DNA of 30,637 nucleotides from a virus (lineage: Duplodnaviria > Caudoviricetes), in IMG/VR virus record IMGVR_UViG_3300037479_000329, positions 1 to 30,637 of that record. The stretch is one strand, 5' to 3'. Positions within the stretch are counted from its first letter, which is position 1. Every line of letters starts with the position of its first letter. Made by a program: the position numbers and the translations under genes. Of the stretch, positions 6,896 to 14,024 are shown piece after piece. The notes beneath the pieces were generated by a model. That model was given only the letters and a program-made list of their open reading frames with translations. It did no database searches and was not told where the DNA came from.

Positions 6896-9800
6896 ATGCC
6901 GTTTCGCAGCGACAACTTCAATCGTGCCGACGGCGGCCTCGGCGCGAGCTGGACGACGGGACCGCTAGGCAACGCGCTGGTCATCTCCGGTAACGCCGTC
7001 GTCGGCGGGACGGCATCGGCCGACAACAGCGGCTACTGGACAGAGACGGCCTTCGGCGCCGAGCATTTCTCGCAGGTGCGGGTTGCCGCCAACGCGGCCT
7101 CGAACGATGGCGGCCCGATTGTCCGCGCGCAGTCGGGCGGATTCTATCTGCTCGACATCGCCGGCTCCGGGACGGAGCTGGCGTTCTGGAAATACACGAC
7201 CGGCGGCGGTTGGGTGCAGCTGGGGGCTGCCGTCTCGGCGACCATCAATGTCGATGACGTCGTCAAGCTCAACGTCAATGGCTCGACGCTGGCCGGCTTC
7301 TACAACGGCGCGCTGATCGGGACCAGGACGGACAGCGATCTGTCCGGCGGCGGACCCGGCATCTATCTGTTTGACAATGTCCTGACCTTAGACGACTGGA
7401 GCGGCGGCAACCATGTCCTTGCCGCTGCCGCCGCCGAGATCACCTATACGGGCGGCACCGGGACCAGTTTCGATCTGCGAGCCGTCGCTGCCTCCGCCAC
7501 CTTCACGCTCTCCGGCGGTGCCGCGACCTTCGGCCCGGTGCTGCCTGCCGAGACCGCCACCTTCACGCTCTCCGGCACGCAGGCCGAGCTGGCCTACAGC
7601 TCCTCCGGCGCAAACCTGTCGCTGGCCTGCAACGGCGCAACCTTCTCGCTGACCGGAAATCCCAACACGACGCTCTCCTATACGTCGGGCGCCGTGCAGA
7701 TATTCGGCAACCAGATCAGCGGCAGCATCGTCGATCAGGATAACTGGGCCTGGTGGCAGACCAATACGTTCCAGGACAACCAGTCATCGCAGATTACGGT
7801 CAGGCAGACGACTGGGCGCGGCGGCCCGATCGTGCGGGCAGGGCCGGTCGCATTCTATGTGTTGGAGTGGAACGGCACCAATGCCTTCTCGTTCCGGAAG
7901 TTTGTCTCGGGCACGTGGGTGCAGATCGGCGCTGCCTTTACCGGCACGCTCGCCATCGACGATACGCTCCGGCTGGAGGTCGAGGGAGCAACCCTGAGGG
8001 CCTACAAGAACGGCGCCCTGCTGCAGACGGAGGTCGACGGATCATTCTATACGGGCGGCAATCCGGGCGTCTATGGATTCGGCGTTACCTTCTGGATGGA
8101 CAACTGGATTGGCGGGCCGCTGTCGCTCAACACGCTTCCTGCCGACTCCGGCACCTTCGTGCTGACCGGCACGCAGGCCTTCCGTGGTTTCAGGATGGGG
8201 GCGCTCTCCGGCGCCTTCGTGCTGACCGGAGCGGACGTGACGCCGCAGAGCGGGAAGTTCATCACGGCCGCCAGCGGGACCTTCACGCTCTCCGGCTCCG
8301 CCGCGACCTTGACGGCCGGGAAGCGGATCGATGCATCGAGCGGCTCGTATTTTACCAACTTCTCCAGCGCCAACCTCGATCGCAGCAACATCGCCGAGAG
8401 CGGTACCTTCGTACTGACGGGGAGTGCCGCCGCGCTGATTCCATCCCGGCGCGTCGTGGCCGAAAGTGCTGCCTTTGCCTGGTCTGGCTCGGCCGTGGAG
8501 CTGATACGCGAGGCAGGTGTTGGGAATTTTATCATTACGGCGCTGCCGGCATCGTTCTCACTGTCCGGCGCCGACGTGCCGTTGCGCCGGAAGGTCACGC
8601 TCTATCTGACGGCAGCGGGCCTGCAGAATTTCCAGGTGCCGACGCCGTGGCCGTCGGACAGCAATCTGATCGAGTGCTGGGGCGCCGGTGCTGGAGGCTG
8701 GCCTGGAGCGGGAGCCAGTGGCGGGACCGGCGGATTCAGCGGGGCAGGCGGTGGAGCCGCCGTCGATATCGGGTCCGAGTGGCTCGGCGGCCCTGGCGGC
8801 AATGGCGGAGCCGGCGGGTTCGGCGGCAGCGGCGGCATCGGCGGTCCTGGCGGCGGCGGAGGGGCTTATGCACGCCGTGCCAACGTGGCACTTACGGCCG
8901 GCTCCATCGTCCAGTATTTCGTCGGATCGGGGGGCGCCACCGGGCAGAACGGCCAGGGAACATGGTTTGCCAGCCCTGGTATTGTCTATGCTCAGGGCGG
9001 CTATATTCCGACAGGGGCTCCGGCCGGCGAATGTGTCGGGGATGCCGCCTTCGGCGGCGGCAACGGAGCCCTCGGGACGCCTGGCGGCAGTGGCCAGCCA
9101 GGCCAGCCAGGCCAGCCAGGCAGCCCTGCGTCCGGACGTGACGGCGGAGCCGGTGGCAATGGCGGGCTGGGCGGATTCGGCGGGGCCGGCGGCAATGGCG
9201 GTGGCGGCGGAGGAGCCGGCAACAGTGGTGGAGCTGGAGCCCCCGGTAGCGGCGTGACCGGCGGGGCCGGCGGCCCTCCAGACGGGGCATCCGGCGGCGG
9301 GGCCGGACAGCCCGGGGCCAACGCGGCCGGCAGCGGCGGCGGTGGCGGCGGGAATTTCGGAGGAGTCGGCGGCGGGACGGGCGGCGGCATCGGCCCCGGT
9401 GGTGCCGGTGGTGCCGGTGGGCCGGGTGGGAATGTCTCCGGCCAGAATGGCGGCAATGGCGGGGCTGGCGGTCCTGGCGGGACCGGTGGATGGGGTGTCT
9501 ATCCTCCCGCGTCGGGTGGCGGCGGGTTCTTTGGCGGCGGCGGCGGCGGCGGGGCCGGGGGGTCCGGTGCCTCCGGCGGGTCCGGCGGAGGAGGAGGCGG
9601 AGGAGCCGGTGGCTGCATTCCATCCATCCTCGGGGGCATTCCTGGCAACCCCGGCGGTGGCGGGGCCGGCGGCCCGATGGGAGCAAACCAGCCAGGCCAG
9701 CCAGGCCAGCCAGGCCATCAGGGCGGGATCAGGATGACCTATACGGTGACGCCGCTGCATCCTCGGATGGGCGCGGACAGTGGATCATTTATCCTGACGG

Positions 9801-10117
9801 GAGCGCAGGCATCCCTGTTCCCAGGCAAGGCGCTGTTTGCCGAGCCCCTGACATTCGTGCTCTCCGGCAGCCCTGTCACCATGCGCCTTGCCAGCAGAGC
9901 CGTGATGGATTCCGGGACCTTCACGCTCTCCGGCTCCGCCGCGATGCTGAGCCCGACCAAGGTTCTGGTGGCCGAGACCGCCACCTTCACGCTCGATGTC
10001 GGCGACGCCGGCAGCATCTATGAGCGCGACCTCCATCCCGAGCCATGGTCCGGTATCGATGCGCTCAGGCGCATCTGGCGGAATGGCCGCCAGCGAGCCA
10101 CGGGAGAGCTGCAATGA
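6896..10117 (+). CDS. Large modular fibre/adhesin: two lectin-like beta-sandwich domains, 15 short repeats and a glycine-rich domain
   Basis: Domain 1 about 6896-7411, homologous domain 2 about 7688-8119, Gly-rich domain about 8591-9750 (IECWGAGAGG...GGGGGAY...GGIRMTY), AxSGTFTLSG repeats in three blocks. ATG 6896 preferred because the TTG at 6881 lies in the terminator. Confidence 0.85.
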   Translation: MPFRSDNFNRADGGLGASWTTGPLGNALVISGNAVVGGTASADNSGYWTETAFGAEHFSQVRVAANAASNDGGPIVRAQSGGFYLLDIAGSGTELAFWKYTTGGGWVQLGAAVSATINVDDVVKLNVNGSTLAGFYNGALIGTRTDSDLSGGGPGIYLFDNVLTLDDWSGGNHVLAAAAAEITYTGGTGTSFDLRAVAASATFTLSGGAATFGPVLPAETATFTLSGTQAELAYSSSGANLSLACNGATFSLTGNPNTTLSYTSGAVQIFGNQISGSIVDQDNWAWWQTNTFQDNQSSQITVRQTTGRGGPIVRAGPVAFYVLEWNGTNAFSFRKFVSGTWVQIGAAFTGTLAIDDTLRLEVEGATLRAYKNGALLQTEVDGSFYTGGNPGVYGFGVTFWMDNWIGGPLSLNTLPADSGTFVLTGTQAFRGFRMGALSGAFVLTGADVTPQSGKFITAASGTFTLSGSAATLTAGKRIDASSGSYFTNFSSANLDRSNIAESGTFVLTGSAAALIPSRRVVAESAAFAWSGSAVELIREAGVGNFIITALPASFSLSGADVPLRRKVTLYLTAAGLQNFQVPTPWPSDSNLIECWGAGAGGWPGAGASGGTGGFSGAGGGAAVDIGSEWLGGPGGNGGAGGFGGSGGIGGPGGGGGAYARRANVALTAGSIVQYFVGSGGATGQNGQGTWFASPGIVYAQGGYIPTGAPAGECVGDAAFGGGNGALGTPGGSGQPGQPGQPGSPASGRDGGAGGNGGLGGFGGAGGNGGGGGGAGNSGGAGAPGSGVTGGAGGPPDGASGGGAGQPGANAAGSGGGGGGNFGGVGGGTGGGIGPGGAGGAGGPGGNVSGQNGGNGGAGGPGGTGGWGVYPPASGGGGFFGGGGGGGAGGSGASGGSGGGGGGGAGGCIPSILGGIPGNPGGGGAGGPMGANQPGQPGQPGHQGGIRMTYTVTPLHPRMGADSGSFILTGAQASLFPGKALFAEPLTFVLSGSPVTMRLASRAVMDSGTFTLSGSAAMLSPTKVLVAETATFTLDVGDAGSIYERDLHPEPWSGIDALRRIWRNGRQRATGELQ
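7415..10000 (+). repeat. 15 dispersed 20-27 aa repeats (consensus AxSGTFTLSGSAAxL) in blocks of 4, 7 and 4
   Basis: Read from the translation. DNA-identical pairs at 8275-8306/9913-9944 (32 nt) and 7547-7570/9971-9994 (24 nt). Confidence 0.9.
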
Positions 10118-10677
10118 CGGAGACCAGCACCTCCATCGTCAATCTGGCTCTCGTCGAGCTTGGCAACGGGCCGATTCCGGATTTTCATGCGCCGGACAAG
10201 GCGGCCAGGATTGCGCGCGTGGTCTATGAGCCGACGGTCCGCGACATGCTGCGCGAGCATCCATGGCGGTTTGCCCGGCGGACCGCCCTGCTGACGCCGG
10301 ACCCGGCCTATGGCGACCCGTTGCTGAGCTTTGCGTTCGCGCACCGCCTGCCAGAGGATTTTATCAGCATCGTCTATCTGGATGACAGGCAGACCGCCTT
10401 TGCGCGCCACCGCATGCACCTGCTGGTCGACAATGAGGCCCCGGAGCTGACCTACATCGCTCGCGTGCCGGAGAGCGATTTCGATCCCGCCTTCGTCTCG
10501 GCTCTCGTCTATCGGCTGGCCGGGCGCATGTGCAAGGCCATCACCGACAGCGACGGTCAGCGCGAGGTCCTCATGCGCAACTATGCCGGCAAGCTGCAGG
10601 ACGCCAAGGCAGCGGATGCCATGGATGGCTCTCCGGAGGAGAGGCTGATGGGCAATCTGGAGCAGGTCAGGCTGTAG
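10114..10677 (+). CDS. Tail tubular protein A (adaptor, T7 gp11-like)
   Basis: IVNLALVELG, LREHPWRFARR, LPEDF, FDPAF..AL..RLA motifs. ATGA-coupled start at 10114. Confidence 0.88.
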   Translation: MTETSTSIVNLALVELGNGPIPDFHAPDKAARIARVVYEPTVRDMLREHPWRFARRTALLTPDPAYGDPLLSFAFAHRLPEDFISIVYLDDRQTAFARHRMHLLVDNEAPELTYIARVPESDFDPAFVSALVYRLAGRMCKAITDSDGQREVLMRNYAGKLQDAKAADAMDGSPEERLMGNLEQVRL

Positions 10678-10678
10678 C

Positions 10679-13174
10679 ATGCCGGTCGTTCGCCCCATCA
10701 TCACCAACTGGACCGCTGGCGAGTTTTCCGAGCAGCTTTACGGCCGTGTCGATCTGGCCAAGTACGGCAATGCCGCCGCCGAGGTCTTCAACAAGATCGT
10801 GCGGCCTCACGGCGGCGTACGCCGCCGGGGCGGCACGCGCTTCATCCACGGTACCCGTCGAACCGGCGGGCAGCATGATCCGTCCTCGCGGCTTGTCCCC
10901 TTCGTGTTCTCGACCACGCAATCCTATCTGCTGGAGTTCGGCGGCAACTATATCCGGTTCTTCCGTAATGGCGGCATCATCTTCGACAGGCAGCTCCCGA
11001 TTCTCGGCATTGCGCGCACGCCGTCGACGCATATCACCTTCACCGGCCCGCATGGCTTGAGCGTCGGCGATCCGGTCGTCGTGACGGGAGTTTCCGGCAT
11101 GACCGAGCTGAACAATCGTGAGGCCGTCATCACGGCCATCGGCAGCGACATCATCGCCCTGAACATCGATTCCACCGGATTTGGAAATCATGCCGGCGGC
11201 GGGACGGTCTCCAGGATTTACGAGATCGGCAGCTATTACGATGCCCTCGATGTCGAGGGCCTGCAGTTCACGCAGAACGCCGACACGCTCTTTATCTTTC
11301 ATCCGCTGTGGCCTATCGGCCGCCTCGTGCGCAACGACCATGCGGCGTGGACGTTCTCCTTCGCTCCTTACGAGGAAGGGCCGTTTCTGGAGATGAACAC
11401 GGAGGACGCTGCACGGCTGTCCATCAACGTCTCGTTCGGCTCCGGCATCATGTCCTGTCCTGTCGACATCTTCGATGGAGGCCACGTCGGATCGATCTGG
11501 CGTATCTGGGAGCAGTCGAGCGGGACAACGTTCGGCTACACACGCTGGGCTCCCGGCGGCCTCCAGAATGCGGCCGTCGATGCGCTCTATGAGCATAATG
11601 GTAATGTCTACCGCGTGCTCGGCGGCGCCAACGGCTCGCTGCCAAGCGAGATCAAGAACGATGCGGCATTCCCGACCCATACCAGCGGCACGGTGGAGGT
11701 CTATATCGGCGGCAGCGGTGGCGGGACCGCCTCCATCGTGAACGTCCGTTACGAGCACTCCGGCTATTGCCTGGTCCGGATAAACTCCGTGATCGATACC
11801 AAGAACGCCAACGTGACGCTGCTGGGGAAATATTTCACGCCATACACTGCGCTTGCAGGCCGCTCGACCTCGCGCTGGCAGGAGGGCGTATGGTCGGACC
11901 TGAACGGCTACCCGCGCGCGGGCGCGTTTCACGAGCAGCGGTTCATTGCTGCGTCCTCGCCGTTCAAGCCAGCCACCATCTGGGCGAGCAAGACGGGATC
12001 ATTCCTGAATTTCCAGGATGGAGATGAAGATGACCGTGCCTATACCTACACGCTTGCAGCGGATCAGGTTGATGCGATCAAGTACATGTCTCCCGGTGGC
12101 CGGGGTGTCACCCTGCTCACGACCTCCTCGGAATATGTTCTGCGTGCCAGCCGATCTGACGAGGCCATCACACCCACCAACGTCCGGATTGCTCGCGAGA
12201 CCTCATACGGCACCGCCAATGTCGAGCCCCTCCGTATCGGTCCTGTCGTTCTCTTTGCGCAGCGCGCTGGTGATCCCGCCAACCCTCCTCGCCGTATTCG
12301 CGAGCACGTCTACAACTTCCAGACAGATTCCTATGTGGCCCCCGACATGACGATCCTGTCCGAGCACATCACGGCATCCGGCATCGTTCGCGGCGCCTTC
12401 CAGCAGCATCCGGACATGGTCATCTGGTATGCGCTGGCGAGCGGCAGCTTCATCGGAATGACCTATGAGCGTGACCAGCAGGTCATAGGCTGGCATCGTC
12501 ATCAGCTCGGCGGCGGCGGCCTGGTGCAGGACATTGTCAGCCTTCCCGGGGTACATGGCGATGAAATCTACATGATCGTCCAGCGCGTCATTGGCGGTAC
12601 CACCTATCGCTTCATCGAGCTGCTGACGGAGGGGCTGGCGGACGACGCTTCGCTGGAGGAGGCGACGTTCCTTGACAGCCATCTGACCTATGCCGGCCCG
12701 GCCGTATCGCGCCTGAGCGGCGCCGCGCATCTCGATGGAGAGCTGGTCGATCTTTTAATCGACGGCAACGCGCTCGGCCCCGTGCGAGTCAGCGCGGGCA
12801 TCATCGATCTTCCGCGCCCCGGCGCGCGTGTCTGCGTCGGATATGGCTATGTCTCGCGTCTCAGGACGCTGCGTCTTGAGGCCGGCGCCGCGCAGGGATC
12901 GACGGCTCAGTCCCGCGTTCAGAAGGTCAGCGAGGTTGCTGTTCGTTTCCATCGGACGGTCGGTGGCCGCGTCGGTCCGAGCCTGGATCGAATGCAGCCG
13001 ATCCGGTTTCGTGATGTCGACATACCGATTGGCGCGACGCTGCCCATGTTCACCGGAGACAAGATCGTCGATTTCGACGCGGACTGGGATCGTGGGCAGC
13101 AGATCATCCTGGAGCAGGAGCGCCCGCTGCCGATGCACGCTCTCTGCATGATGGTCCAGATGCGGGTGAACTGA
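10679..13174 (+). CDS. Tail tubular protein B (nozzle, T7 gp12-like) with an inserted FCCH-like domain
   Basis: NWTAGEFS..LYGRVDLAKY, PHGGVRRRGGT, RLVPFVFS...YLLEFG, GYPR...FHEQR, YERDQQVIGWHRH, QERPLP. Insert HGLSVGDPVVVTGVSGMTELN. Confidence 0.92.
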   Translation: MPVVRPIITNWTAGEFSEQLYGRVDLAKYGNAAAEVFNKIVRPHGGVRRRGGTRFIHGTRRTGGQHDPSSRLVPFVFSTTQSYLLEFGGNYIRFFRNGGIIFDRQLPILGIARTPSTHITFTGPHGLSVGDPVVVTGVSGMTELNNREAVITAIGSDIIALNIDSTGFGNHAGGGTVSRIYEIGSYYDALDVEGLQFTQNADTLFIFHPLWPIGRLVRNDHAAWTFSFAPYEEGPFLEMNTEDAARLSINVSFGSGIMSCPVDIFDGGHVGSIWRIWEQSSGTTFGYTRWAPGGLQNAAVDALYEHNGNVYRVLGGANGSLPSEIKNDAAFPTHTSGTVEVYIGGSGGGTASIVNVRYEHSGYCLVRINSVIDTKNANVTLLGKYFTPYTALAGRSTSRWQEGVWSDLNGYPRAGAFHEQRFIAASSPFKPATIWASKTGSFLNFQDGDEDDRAYTYTLAADQVDAIKYMSPGGRGVTLLTTSSEYVLRASRSDEAITPTNVRIARETSYGTANVEPLRIGPVVLFAQRAGDPANPPRRIREHVYNFQTDSYVAPDMTILSEHITASGIVRGAFQQHPDMVIWYALASGSFIGMTYERDQQVIGWHRHQLGGGGLVQDIVSLPGVHGDEIYMIVQRVIGGTTYRFIELLTEGLADDASLEEATFLDSHLTYAGPAVSRLSGAAHLDGELVDLLIDGNALGPVRVSAGIIDLPRPGARVCVGYGYVSRLRTLRLEAGAAQGSTAQSRVQKVSEVAVRFHRTVGGRVGPSLDRMQPIRFRDVDIPIGATLPMFTGDKIVDFDADWDRGQQIILEQERPLPMHALCMMVQMRVN

Positions 13175-13175
13175 G

Positions 13176-13697
13176 ATGTGCCTTGCCGGCATTGCCGCCA
13201 TCGGTCCCGTCTTCTCCGCCATCGGAGGCATTGTCAGCGCGGTGGCGACGGCATCGGCTGCTCAGGCACAGGCCGATGCCGAGGCCGCTGCGGCTTCATA
13301 CAATGCTGCCATCGAGCGGAGAAATGCGCAGGCGGAAGCCTATCGCGGCGCCTTCGAGGCGGAGCTGATCCGCGAGCGTGGCGACAGGCGGCTGGCGCAG
13401 CAACGTGCCGCCTGGGGCGTGAGCGGGGCTCTGGTCTCGGAAGGCACGCCGCTTACGGTATTCGGGCAGAGCGTGGCTGATGTCAGGCTGGATGCCGCCT
13501 CGGCTGCATGGGACGCGCGCGTCAAGAACCAGGCTCATCTGAATGCCGCCTCGCTCTATGATCTGCAGGCGGAGAATGCGCGCAAGAAAGGACAGGCGGC
13601 CGCCGCCTCTGCCATCATCGGCGGCGTGAGCGGAATTGCGAGAGGAATTGCCGGCGGTATTGGCGGAGCCGGCTCGCCGGTTTCATCGTTCGGGTGA
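13176..13697 (+). CDS. Small internal virion (ejection) protein
   Basis: MC start, Gly/Ala-rich hydrophobic ends, helical core, position after the nozzle gene. Confidence 0.75.
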   Translation: MCLAGIAAIGPVFSAIGGIVSAVATASAAQAQADAEAAAASYNAAIERRNAQAEAYRGAFEAELIRERGDRRLAQQRAAWGVSGALVSEGTPLTVFGQSVADVRLDAASAAWDARVKNQAHLNAASLYDLQAENARKKGQAAAASAIIGGVSGIARGIAGGIGGAGSPVSSFG

Positions 13698-13712
13698 AGA
13701 GGAGGATGGAGA

Positions 13713-14012
13713 ATGGTGATGCTTGTCATCATGCTTGCCCTGCCGATCGGGCCTGCTCATGTCATGCCCGTGCACGACCATTGGCTTAATGGCCTGATTG
13801 ATCCTGTCACCCATGCGTGGTGCTGCGACGCGCGGGACTGCCTTCCGGAGATCGTGCGAGAGGTGCCCGGCGGATATCTGGTCGAGACCGGGGAGACGAT
13901 CCCATCCAGCCGCATCATCTGGAAATCGCAGGATGGCCGCTGGTGGCGCTGCGCCGTCGGTCAGGACAGGCAACAGACACGCTGCCTGATCGGGCCGCCG
14001 CCTTCGATGTGA
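13713..14012 (+). CDS. Small secreted Cys-containing hypothetical protein
   Basis: Strong GAGGAGG SD, hydrophobic N-terminus, WCC...DC, SQDGRWWRC and RCLIGP motifs. Confidence 0.75.
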   Translation: MVMLVIMLALPIGPAHVMPVHDHWLNGLIDPVTHAWCCDARDCLPEIVREVPGGYLVETGETIPSSRIIWKSQDGRWWRCAVGQDRQQTRCLIGPPPSM

Positions 14013-14024
14013 TGTGAGGCTCCT

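Noticed and set aside
8558-9760. Pro-, Arg- or Ala-rich ORFs in other frames of the fibre gene
   Set aside because: By-products of GGC-rich glycine codons.
11940-12420. Apparent lower-GC3 patch in the nozzle gene suggesting a recombined segment
   Set aside because: An impression by eye only; it needs a sliding-window GC3 calculation, and the protein motifs are continuous.
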